A DNA stretch of 64,000 nucleotides, taken from contig OZ251225.1 of the NCBI GenBank assembly GCA_965240325.2, forward strand, positions 3,162,001 through 3,226,000. The letters are read 5' to 3'. Below the pieces are notes generated by a model. The model did not search any database and was not told the DNA's origin. It worked only from the letters and a program-made list of their open reading frames with translations. A program made the position numbers and the translations under genes. Each line of letters opens with the position of its first letter. Position 1 is the stretch's first letter. The DNA is from Rebecca billardiae RCC1528 (Eukaryota; Protista; Haptophyta). This document shows positions 1 to 10,406 of this stretch, piece after piece.

Positions 1-321
1 GCTTCGCAGGGGCCAAGCGCGACAGAACAACCAGTCCTGGAGCGAGCTTTTCCTCCACGAGCGGGGGCGGCGGCGGCGCCATCGTTCGTCACGTGTGATG
101 TGATAGGCTGATAGCCAGCAAGTTTTCATCAGCGCACGATGAGTCGATGACGAAATGAAAATGAATTTAATGATGTCGTGATGGTGAGCAGCCGCCCCGC
201 GGGCCCGGCCGGTGTGCAGCCTGCAGAGTGCAGGGCGCAGGCGGACCCGTCGCGGCTAAGTCTACTAGTAGCTAGAAGTGTTAGTGTCAAGATTAGCTCA
301 GTCGACAAATGGATCAGTCGC

Positions 322-2666
322 TCAACCCGCACCCTGAAATGACGCGAATTCATCCAACCTGATCGTCTGCGTCGGCGGCATGATCAAGTCCTCGTTCACC
401 TGCGCACCCGGCGGCGTGAAGGCGGCGGTGGTGGTGGTGCGGTCAGCCCGCGCACACGCGCGCCGCCGCAAGCGCGCTCCCCGCGTGCGAGCTCCGGCCC
501 GGGCCGCACGAGTGGCGCGGCGACGAGTGGCGCGGTGCGCCACGGCACGCACCTTCGCGGCGAGGTATTGGTTCAGCAGCGCTTTGAGCTCGTTGTTCTG
601 CGTGTTGAGCCCCGACACGTCCTGAATTTTGTGCGAGCGCGACAGCAGCAGCTCGTTGTACTTTTGCAGCGACTTCTCCAGCGCCTGCGGCGCGGCGCGC
701 AGGGGCACGCTCGGTATCCGGCGCCACGCGCGCAGGCACGCGGCGGTGGCGCCCCGCGCGCGCGCGCACCGTCCACACGCGCGCCGTCTTGTCCGAGATG
801 ATCCCGGCCATGCGGTTCCAAAACTCGACCTCCTCTCGGCTCGGGCCGGGCTGCTCGTCGGCCGCGTGCTTCTTGGCGGCGTGCTGCTTGCCGCGCGCCG
901 CGTCCGCGCGGCGCTGGTGGTCCTCAACGAACGCCTTGATCGCCTTGATCGCGTCGTTCGGGTGGATGAGCTCGGCGTTGTCCGCGTCGGCCAGGAAGTA
1001 GGAGAGCAGCTTCTCGACGTCGGCCGCGTTCTCGACGCCGAGCACCTTGAGGATCGAGTCGATCTTGAGCAGGTTCTGCTCGTCGAGCGGCAGCGGATCG
1101 AGCAGCTTCTGCACCTTGGCCTCGACGAGGAAGTTGGCCTCGTCGCACAGGAGCTCGAGCATGCGCTTGATCTGCTCGTTGTCCATCTGCGCGTGCGAGA
1201 GCGGGCCCTCCTCCTGGTCGGTCGGCGCGACGACGATCGCCGCCTGGTCCGCCTCGGCGCCGTCCTGGAAGATCTGCTCCGAGGGTGGGTACCAGTTGAG
1301 GCCGAGCTGCTGCTCGTGGATCACCTTGTCCGCCTGCAGCACCTTGCGCATCAGCTCGGTGATCTCCTGCTCGTGCATGTTCCACAGGTCGCGGTACCGC
1401 CGCGTGTCCGCCTGCTCGAAGTGGTGGAACTTGCCCTGCAGCTCTTTGAACTGCTCGGTCAGCCGCTTGAACTCGTCGGTGAGCTCGGCGTTCTCCGCCT
1501 TGAAGCGGCGGTCCTCCTTGGCGTACTTGGCCTTGAGCCCCGAGAGCACGTCCTGCGCGCCGCGGCCGGGGGCGGCGGGGGCACGCGGGTTCGGCCGGGC
1601 GGCGAGGCTCGGGCGCGGCTGAGCGGCCCGCCTCGCCGCTCGGCGCGGCTCGGCGCGGCTCGGCTCGGGCGCGCGCGCGCGCGCGTGCCTGCAGCCGGGC
1701 GATCTTGCGCTTCTGCTGCTGGATGGTGGTGGTGTTCTCCTGGTCGCGCTCCTGCAGCACGCGGTAGTTGTAGTCGAGCTTCTCCGAGTTGAGCTGGTAC
1801 GTCGCGCGCATCTCCTCGAGGTCCTGCTCCAGCGTCTGGATCTCGGTCTCCAGCCGGATCTTGAGGATCGCGTAGTCCTCCGCGTCCTGCACGCGCTGCT
1901 TGTCGAGCCGGCGCTGGTCCTCCTCCGCGCGCGCCTGCCTGTTCTCGAGGAAGCGCACCTCGAGGTTCTGCCGCTTCTCCATCAGCTTGGAGAGCTCGAG
2001 CGAGTTGGACTCGATCAGCTCCTGCCGCTCCTGCATGAACGCGTTCTCGATCTCCTCGAGCTCGTCCTCGTACGCCTTGCGCTGCGTGCGGAACTGCCGG
2101 CCCATCCGCTCGATCAGCGTGTCGACGTCCTCCGCCTGCCGCTTGAGCGCCTTCACGTACTCGTCGTCCTTCGCCTTGAGCTCGGCCTTGAACTCGCGGA
2201 TGAGGTGGTCCTTCGAGGCGATGATCCGCCCGCACGCGTCGCGCTGCAGCTCGATCTCGTGCAGCAGCTCCTGCGGGATCTCCTTGTCGAAGAGCGCCGA
2301 CCACTTCATCGCGACCGCGGCATTCTGCCGCGCGCTCGACTCGGCTTCGTACAGCAGCTTCTGGCGGCGCGACTGGCGGTTGAGCTCCTCGGTGATCCGG
2401 CGCTCGTTGTCGCGATGGTCACCCCGCGCGCGCACGTCCGTCACCTCCGAGCTCCCCACCGTGTTCACCTTGTCGAGCCGCGCGCGGCTCTCGTTCACCT
2501 GCTGGACCGAGCGCGACACGTTCGCCTTGTCCTCGTCATGGTCGAGCCTGCTCGCGAGGTCGCCAGTGGCCCCGCTCTTCTTCGCCTCGATGCGGGCCTC
2601 AATGCGCTGCCTGCGCAGCGCTATGCGCTGGTCCTTGTCGAGCACTTGCCCGTCGTCGCCCAGCAT
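322..2666 (-). CDS. DRC1: Dynein regulatory complex subunit 1 (DRC1/CCDC164); exons 2666-1689, 1552-770, 684-553, 399-322
   Basis: Long coiled coil with DRC1-like segments (KDHLIREFKAELKAKDDEYVKALKRQAEDVD; LEEMRATYQLNSEKLDYNYRVL; NNELKALLNQYL..VNEDLIMPPTQ). Introns 1553-1688 (GC-AG), 685-769 and 400-552 join three ORF pieces in frame. Confidence 0.9.
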
Positions 2667-2953
2667 CGCACCGGGGCGAACGCCTGATGCTGGCGCACGA
2701 TGGCTGCTCAAAAACGCTGTAACGGCGCGGATTTCCCCGCCATCATTTTTTTTCGGCCGCGGTCCGGTAGGTACCAGCCAACCGACGACGAAACCGGTTC
2801 GCGCGGAATGACCGGTTGCGTGCGCGCGCGGCCCCAGCGCCCGAACGCACTCGGGCGGCCCCTGGCCGCGAGCTTTTCCAATAACTAACGGCGTGCCCCT
2901 CGCGTGTCCACCGAACTCTCCGTGGCGTTGGCGTTGTCGTTCGTGAGCTTGCC

Positions 2954-3568
2954 ATGCCGAAGTGGGCAGACTCGCCGTCGTCCGATGCGCGGGGTGGCGA
3001 GCGCAGCGCGCCGGTGTACTCGAGGGGGCGAGCCGACATGTCCCCGTCGCAGATTCCCCCCATCCCGAAAGGCGAGCGCGAAACAGACGCGCACCGTCTC
3101 AGCCAACGGCTCAAGCAGCTCGAGAAGGGGTACAACACGCTCGGGTACGAGCGATACTTGCGCGCGCTGCCGAAGCAGAAGCGCTCGCGCGAGGACCCGA
3201 AGACCCCCGATCGCTTCAAGCTGATGAGCAAGCGTGCCTGGGACGGCCTCATCCGCAAGTGGCGCCGGAGGCTGCACGACTGGGACCCGCCGACGGCGGA
3301 TGGTGGCGCCAGCAAAGCGGACAGTACGGGCCCGACAGGCCCCGCGATGGAGGACGACGGCCTGGTGGCGTGTGCCCCGCCAGATGACGACGAGGACGAG
3401 GACGACATCGTCGCGATGACGCCGGAGGACCAGCCGATTCAGTCTGCGGCAGCAGACAAGCTCGACGCGTCGCGCGCGGTCACCAAGGCGGCTGTCGGCG
3501 CGAACGTCGGCGCCGAAGAGGATGAGGCGACCGCCGACTGCTTTGGCGACTTCGACACAGCGTACTGA
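2954..3568 (+). CDS. SLBP: Histone mRNA stem-loop binding protein (SLBP RNA-binding domain)
   Basis: ETDAHRLSQRLKQLEKGYNTLGYERY...PKTPD...SKRAWDGLIRKWRRRLHDWDP matches the SLBP RBD, followed by an acidic C-terminus. Confidence 0.9.
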   Translation: MPKWADSPSSDARGGERSAPVYSRGRADMSPSQIPPIPKGERETDAHRLSQRLKQLEKGYNTLGYERYLRALPKQKRSREDPKTPDRFKLMSKRAWDGLIRKWRRRLHDWDPPTADGGASKADSTGPTGPAMEDDGLVACAPPDDDEDEDDIVAMTPEDQPIQSAAADKLDASRAVTKAAVGANVGAEEDEATADCFGDFDTAY

Positions 3569-3851
3569 GTCCCGCCCGCACTACGCCTCGCACAGTGCTG
3601 AGGGCTGCTACGCCGGCGGGTTATCGCCAGTCTCAGCTAGCAGGCAGCACTATCGCCACTCGTGACCGTCGGGGCGGCGCGGCACTCGCGGGCCGCCGTC
3701 ACTCCGGACCGGGTGCCCCGGCGGTCGAGGCTGCGCCGATCCATAGTCTGGAGTCAACGACGCCCGGGTCAAGCTGCTAGAGTAATACTAGCTCAGAGGC
3801 TCGCGGACCGTTGACTTGGGAACGCTGCCTATATATCATATTAATAATATA

Positions 3852-3853
<2 letters not shown>

Positions 3854-3910
<57 letters not shown>
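3854..3910. repeat. (TA)n microsatellite
   Basis: Directly visible. Confidence 0.95.
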
Positions 3911-3913
<3 letters not shown>

Positions 3914-4259
3914 CAGTGTAAGTCACCTGACTCCTCGGCCAGTACTTGCAACTTGGCACTGGCAGTAGTCGGAGTCACGGATGTTGAGTAGCTACCTAAT
4001 AATCTTTGAATATCGCCGCCGCATTATGACGAATAATAGCAGTGATTGTCCGCGTACTCTACGGCCGACTGGCACTGCCACGCCCACTGCAGCACTTGAA
4101 TTTAAAAACGACTATCTACTATTAACTATTAAGTTAATAAGTACTATACTTTGACGACGTCGACGACTATCTAAATAGTAAATACCGATCACTCTAGCAG
4201 ACGACCGTATCAGACGACAGACCGAGGTCAGTCAGTAGTCGTCACGCGGATTCAGACTA

Positions 4260-5957
4260 GACAGGTTGCACGGGAAACTGACCTTGGTGTTACATTTCGG
4301 CCCTTGGCCTTTGTTTGGAGCATGGCTGCCCGCCCACGGTGCCCACGGGGTGCGGCCGTTGCTGCCGCGCCATGTACGACTCAATGAGTCTTGCGCACGG
4401 TTTAGGCCATGACTACTGACGCACATGTAGCAGACCGAGCCCTCCTCCCAAGCTCGCCAAGGGCCCGACCGCGTCATTTGAAGAGCAGCCGCCACGAGCG
4501 TCATCCGCTCGACTCGGTCGGCACCATGCGTGCGAGAGGTTGCGACGGCGCGCAACTCCTCGTCATCATCAGGAGTCAGCCAGCGAGCACCCTGCGGCCG
4601 CGCCTCGGCGACCTAGCACACGCAAGGCAGACTCGACCTTGGGCGAGCCTCGGCGACCTCCGCCTCGAGCTGGATGCCACGCGTAGCAGCTTGAGTCGAC
4701 GTCGTGGAAAGGCACGCGCACGCATAGCAGAGCATCAGACAGTGCGCCGCATCTGCCTGCCGGAGTGTACCGTACCATCACCGCGCCCGCGCGACCGGGT
4801 TGAAGAAGAAGTCGTCAACGATGAGCGAGCCGGCGTCCAGCGGAACGGGCGGTGCAGCCGGCGCCGCGCTGTGCGAACAGGGTGGAAGCCGACCGCTGCC
4901 GCGCGCGACGTGAGCGAGCTGGCGGGTGCACGCCAGTCAGCTGCAGATGATGCGGCGAAGAGGCGCGCTACCATCTACTCCACCTCGCGCGACTTAGTCT
5001 TGCTGACGTGATCACACACGCGCGCGATCAATGACATACTCAAAGTCGAGCGCCTGAGTGCTGTCTCGAAAGGGGCCTTCCCCCTCGCTCAGGGCGTGCC
5101 TGTCAGCGTGGTCGAGCGCCGCTCGTCGCCTCGGCCTGCTGAGCGTCAGCGAGGCGCTTGTCAAGGATCGCCTGCTTGCTGCGTCACAGCGCGCGAGCGC
5201 GCCACGCGCACGACCAAATGTGTGCGCTTCCGATACTTCTTGCCGGCGGCAAAGGCAGACTGCCCAGAGTTCGCCTGCTTGTCTGAGGACCCCGCGCCAG
5301 ACGCCTGCACGGCCGGAGCAGCGGCCCGAGCTGCAACAGCAGAGGCCGCGCGCGCCGTAGCAAGCTTCACCCTCGCGCGCTGGACGCGTTTGGCGAGCAT
5401 CTTCTCCTGCTTCCTTAGCGCGCTACGGTTGCCCGCCTTCTTCTACGAAGGCCTCGTGAGGCGAGCTTCACAAGCACTCGCGTGTGTGGTCCGAGCCTCC
5501 TGAGCGCGTGCGCACGGTTGCGCGCTCGTGCGTACGGTATGAGCAGCGCAGCAGGAGACCAGCACACGTTCGTGCAAGGGTGCACGCGCATACCGCAACC
5601 GGTGCATCTTGATCGTTCGCGACGGCAGCCTCCTTGAAGGCTCTATCTACCACCTGTATCCAGGTCACCTTGTGCTTCTTCCCGATGCGCTTCGGCTTCG
5701 CGCCACTGCCGACGCGGGAGTGAGAGGAACTGGGCACCAGACTGTGGTACCGATTGCGGGCGAACGGGGAGGCGGGCCCTGGCCGCGAAGGTCGGAAACG
5801 GACGACCTTCGTGTGCTCCTCCGTTTCCAAGCACTCGCGCCACGCGCCGGCCGCCATGGGACGGGCGCGATGTACCGAAAGACGGGTGGACAGGTCGCGT
5901 CCACTGTGAATGTAACACCTGTCAGTCGCGAGCGGTCATTTTTCCGTGCAACCTGTC
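4260..5957. mobile_element. Non-autonomous/degenerate TIR DNA transposon (~1.7 kb)
   Basis: Left GACAGGTTGCACGGGAAACTGACC (4260-4283) matches the reverse complement of 5934-5957 with 2 mismatches. An inner inverted pair GGTGTTACATT/AATGTAACACC is present, and ACTA flanks both ends. Confidence 0.7.
4400..5857 (-). pseudogene. Degenerate coding-like cargo within the TIR element
   Basis: ATG at 5857 (MAAGAWRECLE...), a plausible intron, then basic coding-like frames broken by in-frame TAG codons (RPS*KKAG; REVE*MVARL). Confidence 0.3.
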
Positions 5958-6314
5958 ACTAATACTGATCTACTACTATAGCTAATCGTATCGGCCGAGA
6001 ATAGTGAATTGATGATGACTAGCTAGCTACGGTGCCGAATAAATTATTCGCCCGAACTGGGCCGAAGGCGGCGAAGCCCGTGCCGAGAATGAGCCCGCGA
6101 GTGCAGCGCGCTGCGCGCGGCGCCGAGTCACTCTTTCGGACACTCCGCATTACTCGCCACTCGGCCCGGGGGCGCCGGCGGCCCGCGGCCGCGCGCGGCC
6201 TCGGCGCTGCGGCACGTAACGCGGCATGAGCATAGTCCGCGGTGCTAGGACCGAGCCCGAGGACACGAAGCTTGCGTAATCCGCCGTAATCACCAAAGTC
6301 GTGGGCGCCGCAGA

Positions 6315-7853
6315 TCACATCACCTCGCAGCACCCGTTGGCGCCTGGGCTCGACTCGTTGGCGAGCGCCCGGTCGCCCTTGCCGCTGCCCGCAGCATTGG
6401 CGGTGTCAGCGGCGTCCGCTGCGCCAGGTGCCGCTTCTGAATCCTCGACGCCCTCCTCGCCCTCCTCGCCCTCCTCGCCCTCCTCGCCTTCTTCGCCTTC
6501 TTCGCCTTCCTCGCCCTCCTCGCCCTCGGCTCCGTCCTCCTCCTCGTGCTCCTGGCCCCGGCCGAAGCGCTTGTACGGGAGCTTGTAAAGCCTCCACAGC
6601 TCGGACAGCATCTGCGCGCCGAGCAGGACGAAGCCCCCGAGCAGCGCGCCCTCCGCCGACCAGCCCTCTCGACGCTGCTTGCCTGAAAGCCGCTCGGTGT
6701 AGTTGGTGTAGACGGCGAGCATTGCGCACAGCGCAGACCACGCCGCGCCGGCGTGCGCGAACATGCGCAGCACGGCGAGAGACTTGACGTTGCACACGTC
6801 TCGCCGGTATGACAGCTTGCACGAGTCCAGCTTCAGCTTCATGCCGTGCGGGCGCAGCGGGTAGATCGCAAGCCCGCCGTTCAGCAGGAACACGCACAGC
6901 AGCGTCACGTACACGAAGCGGTCGAGCGTGATGGACACGCCGACGAGGATGCACTTGACGATCGAGTTGACGAGCACGTACGCCGGCTCCCACTTCACGT
7001 CGAGCGTCTGGTCGGCGTACAGCACCAGCGGCTCGTTCACCGCCGCCGTGGGGAAGTAGGCGCAGTAGAGGATGAAGACGAGCGCGAGCAGGACCTCATG
7101 GCCGGCGCGGTAGCACTCCATTGACTTGTGGCACGAGACGAGCACGAGGCTGTGCGCCTGCGCGCCCGGCGGCGGCAGAGCGTAGTCGCACATCGCATCC
7201 AGGTAGTGCCGCCCCGCCCACGGCGAGCAGTCGATGAGCTCGAAGAGCACGCGCATCGTCGGGATGAAGAGCACCGTCGTGCAGAAGCCAAAGACCATGG
7301 CGAGGCGCTTGGCGCGCACCTCGTTGCCCGCGCGCTCGTCGCGGGTGATGAGCGTGCGGAGCCACAGGGGCGTCGAGGCGACGATGAGCCCGAAGGTCGC
7401 GATCAGCCAAAAGAGCGCGGGGTCGTTTGCCGGTAGCCGCAGCGAGAAGACGCCGAGCGACAAAACGACCGGCTCAACGACCTTGTTCCATGGCAGGTGG
7501 CTGTTGGCCGAGAACGCCCACATCTGCACGAACTCGACGAGGATCCCACCGGCTGCGAGCGCGTTCGATGTCTTCATCCACTGCACGCGGCGCGTCTGGA
7601 AGACGAGCCGCCGGAACTCATTCTCGATCTTGCGGAAGCGAATGCGAGCGTACACAATCACCGCGAGGACGGAGATGACGATGAGCACCACTTGCAGCTC
7701 GCTGACGGAGCGGTTGTAGCTGACGTCGTCGTGGCTGCAGACGTAGTGCACGCATGGTTCGAAGATGTTCCCCGCCTCGGCGCACGTGCAGTACCCGTCG
7801 TGGCAGTCGCTGCACGCGAGGGGCAGCGGGACCAAGGAGGCTCCATCTGCCAT
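6315..7853 (-). CDS. Multipass membrane protein with Cys-rich N-terminus and acidic EEG-repeat tail
   Basis: 512-aa ATG ORF with about 9-10 hydrophobic helices, a Cys-containing loop (CSPW..YLDAMC..MECY) and (EEG)n encoded by a 9-bp repeat near 6450-6530. Confidence 0.75.
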   Translation of the reverse strand: MADGASLVPLPLACSDCHDGYCTCAEAGNIFEPCVHYVCSHDDVSYNRSVSELQVVLIVISVLAVIVYARIRFRKIENEFRRLVFQTRRVQWMKTSNALAAGGILVEFVQMWAFSANSHLPWNKVVEPVVLSLGVFSLRLPANDPALFWLIATFGLIVASTPLWLRTLITRDERAGNEVRAKRLAMVFGFCTTVLFIPTMRVLFELIDCSPWAGRHYLDAMCDYALPPPGAQAHSLVLVSCHKSMECYRAGHEVLLALVFILYCAYFPTAAVNEPLVLYADQTLDVKWEPAYVLVNSIVKCILVGVSITLDRFVYVTLLCVFLLNGGLAIYPLRPHGMKLKLDSCKLSYRRDVCNVKSLAVLRMFAHAGAAWSALCAMLAVYTNYTERLSGKQRREGWSAEGALLGGFVLLGAQMLSELWRLYKLPYKRFGRGQEHEEEDGAEGEEGEEGEEGEEGEEGEEGEEGEEGVEDSEAAPGAADAADTANAAGSGKGDRALANESSPGANGCCEVM

Positions 7854-7953
7854 GGCTGCAAGGCCGGGACGAAAGCCGCTCCCTTTTTCATTCGCGGCTT
7901 GATCGGTTCCGGCCTGGGTCGTCCGGACTCAGCTCCCGAACCCTCTCGGTAAG

Positions 7954-8616
7954 ATGGCGGCCCCGGCACCCACTCCATGGCCAGTGTCGTTCACGATGAA
8001 CGTGACCACGAACCTGTCGCTTGTGCTTGCCGCAGTCGTGCTGCCCGCAGATCAGCCCCAGTCTCCTGTCCGCGCGCAGCTCGCCTATGATTGGGGTCAG
8101 CACGCCCAACGGGTCGACCACGCCGCCGGCGCACTCGAGTGCCAACAGTTCTATGGCTGGCACGGCCCGTGCTCGCTGATCTTCCGCCCGGACGGCATGT
8201 ACCGGATCCTGCACGCGACAGCATCTGCTCGGCCTGCTGAGGGGTGCTGCCTCGACCTGCCCGGTATCGGAAGCGTGCCTCCCGACTGGGCATCGGGGGC
8301 GACATTTGCAGGATTCTGGCCTGTGCCACACACCGGAGGGGAGGCGCGTCTCTTCGAGTGGCCCGGCACCAGGGTGGGTGCAGACTGCCTACCCGGGCTT
8401 CGCATGGCCGGCTCGGTAGCTGGGCACACGTACTTTGAGTGGCCGGACGGCCAGCCGGCCCTGTTCACATTCCCTGCGAATCGCGGGCTGCAAGACTGGT
8501 ACTTTGACCGCGGGACAATGCGCACGGCCAAGCAGCTGCCGACCACACTCTTCGCGCTGCCACACGGGTGCGCGCGGCGGCGCTGCGAGCAGGGCACTCC
8601 TTTGATGGCAGCATGA
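7954..8616 (+). CDS. Ependymin-related/At4g14100-like (LolA-fold) protein
   Basis: WPxSF start, YDW, CC..PGIGSVPPDW..GATFAG and a terminal TLFALP.GC pattern typical of EPDR-like proteins. Confidence 0.55.
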   Translation: MAAPAPTPWPVSFTMNVTTNLSLVLAAVVLPADQPQSPVRAQLAYDWGQHAQRVDHAAGALECQQFYGWHGPCSLIFRPDGMYRILHATASARPAEGCCLDLPGIGSVPPDWASGATFAGFWPVPHTGGEARLFEWPGTRVGADCLPGLRMAGSVAGHTYFEWPDGQPALFTFPANRGLQDWYFDRGTMRTAKQLPTTLFALPHGCARRRCEQGTPLMAA

Positions 8617-8658
8617 TCTCGCGGCAGCATGTCACCATGTGCATGTCACCCTAGATGA

Positions 8659-10099
8659 CACAAAACACACTTCTACCTGATGCTCCCCCCCCGACTCCTC
8701 TACCGTATGGGCAAATAGGACAATGTTCGCGCGCGAGGCGTCCAATCTTCGTATGTGCGAAATCGTTTACTTTCATACAAACCGTCCTCCTAGGACAACC
8801 TACAAGAATGTGTGCAGAGGTACTCACTCGCATATGCCATTCGTGCTATCCTATGCCGTGCGGAACGCCTTGCCGTTTCGATAACCGACCACGAGCATCC
8901 GCGGTGTGCCGCCGTTCGAAGCGTGCATGCGGCCACACCTCCGAGTTTTTGCGGACGACGAGACGTGTGGCCCTCGCGGCCCTGGCCGGCGCAACGGCGG
9001 TGGCCGCGATGGCCGAAAAACCGCCGAAGCCGCCGAGCCCGGCCGCGCTTGTCCTCGAAGCTCTTTGCCGTACGTCGGCCTGCGTCCCAGAGTGGATGCA
9101 CGGCCCACGAGAGGAGGTCCAGCGTGCAATTCCGTTCGCACGTGGCGTGGTCCGGCGTGAATCGTCCGGGATGCCCACGGAGCCGCTCGCGACGCGCGGG
9201 CTGCACATGGCGGGCGTCGACCCCCTCGACGCGACGGAGACGCACATCGCCATGTTCACACGCGCGCTGCGCTGCACGCCCGCGCACATGCCCGACGCTC
9301 GTGCGTGCGTCTGGCGCGCGCTGCGCGAGGCGCAGGGCCGTCCCCGCCCGGTGCCCGCTAGGCGACAGCCGCGCGCGACGCGCGGGCTCGATTTGCCGGG
9401 TGTCGACGCCTCCGACGAGACGGGCACCCAGATTGCTGTGCTCGAGCGCGTCACACGCGCCGTGCCCGCGCACATGCATCACGTTCTCGCACGCGCGCAA
9501 CGCGCGCTGGACGTGGCACGCCGGCGTGCCGTTGCTGAGCAGCAACACGCGCTCACGGACGCGCGCACACGCGATCGGGCGCTGGCGACGGAGGCGCGCC
9601 TGGTGAGGCGACGCGCGCGCGGGGCACAAGCGCAGCGCGCACGTGAGCGCGTGCGCGCACGCGCCCGCCGAAGCGGAGCTGGCCGGCATGTGTTCGCGCA
9701 AGGGCGCCAGCGCATCTTTGGTGGCAGCGGCCGGGAGCGCACGCGCAGGCGGCGAGGCCGCAGCGGGTCTCAATCTCGGAGCCGGCCGTCACGCGCCTCG
9801 CCCAACGCACGCGCGGGCGAGCGTCCGGCCGCACCGCGCCAAGCCAACCTCAACAAGGCTTCTATCATGCGCAAGGCGACCGCCGAGCAGCGCCGCGCGC
9901 TCGACGGCGTGCGCGCAGCAGTGGAGTTCGCACACGGTGATGGGGCAGAAGGCGCACGACGCGAGGCGTGGGTCGCGAGCGTGCGCGCCGCGTCCCACGC
10001 CTCGCGTCGTGCGCCTTCTGCCCCATCACCGTCCGCGAACTCCACTGCTGCGCGCACGCCGTCGAGCGCGCGGCGCTGCTCGGCGGTCGCCTTGCGCAT
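8659..10099. mobile_element. 1.44-kb insert flanked by 10-bp direct repeat CCCTAGATGA and ending in a long hairpin
   Basis: CCCTAGATGA at 8649-8658 and 10100-10109. The right boundary coincides with the end of the inverted repeat. Confidence 0.5.
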
Positions 10100-10109
10100 C
10101 CCTAGATGA
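9009..10109 (+). CDS. Hypothetical protein with an internal ~47-aa duplication (possibly spliced or truncated)
   Basis: ATG at 9009. Two diverged copies (PLATRGLHMAGVDPLDATETHIAMFTRALRCTPAHM / PRATRGLDLPGVDASDETGTQIAVLERVTRAVPAHM) show conservative substitutions. Confidence 0.35.
   Translation: MAEKPPKPPSPAALVLEALCRTSACVPEWMHGPREEVQRAIPFARGVVRRESSGMPTEPLATRGLHMAGVDPLDATETHIAMFTRALRCTPAHMPDARACVWRALREAQGRPRPVPARRQPRATRGLDLPGVDASDETGTQIAVLERVTRAVPAHMHHVLARAQRALDVARRRAVAEQQHALTDARTRDRALATEARLVRRRARGAQAQRARERVRARARRSGAGRHVFAQGRQRIFGGSGRERTRRRRGRSGSQSRSRPSRASPNARAGERPAAPRQANLNKASIMRKATAEQRRALDGVRAAVEFAHGDGAEGARREAWVASVRAASHASRRAPSAPSPSANSTAARTPSSARRCSAVALRIPR
9867..10099. repeat. Near-perfect inverted repeat: 106-bp arms, 21-nt loop
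   Basis: 9867-9972 is the reverse complement of 9994-10099 apart from 2 adjacent mismatches. Confidence 0.95.
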
Positions 10110-10406
10110 GTACTGTAGCATTGTCATAGTAGTACGGTAGGTCTTTAGCTTCCCGTACGTCTTTACGTCAGTTTTCAGTTTGTAGCTACCGGCAGAATGA
10201 TCTCCAAGGGGACCAGGCTTGCGAGTTGCGACGTTACGGCGGCCATCTTGCTCGGTCGCGCCGCCACCGTCGGGCGGTCGCCCGCATCCGCGAACAGTGC
10301 CGCAGGTACGCAGCGCGCCGCGACCTTTTCCACGCGCGCCGTCACCACGTGACGCCCCTCGCCTGCGCGCCCCGCGGCGCAGGCCCTCGTCGCGCCTCGG
10401 GGAGCC

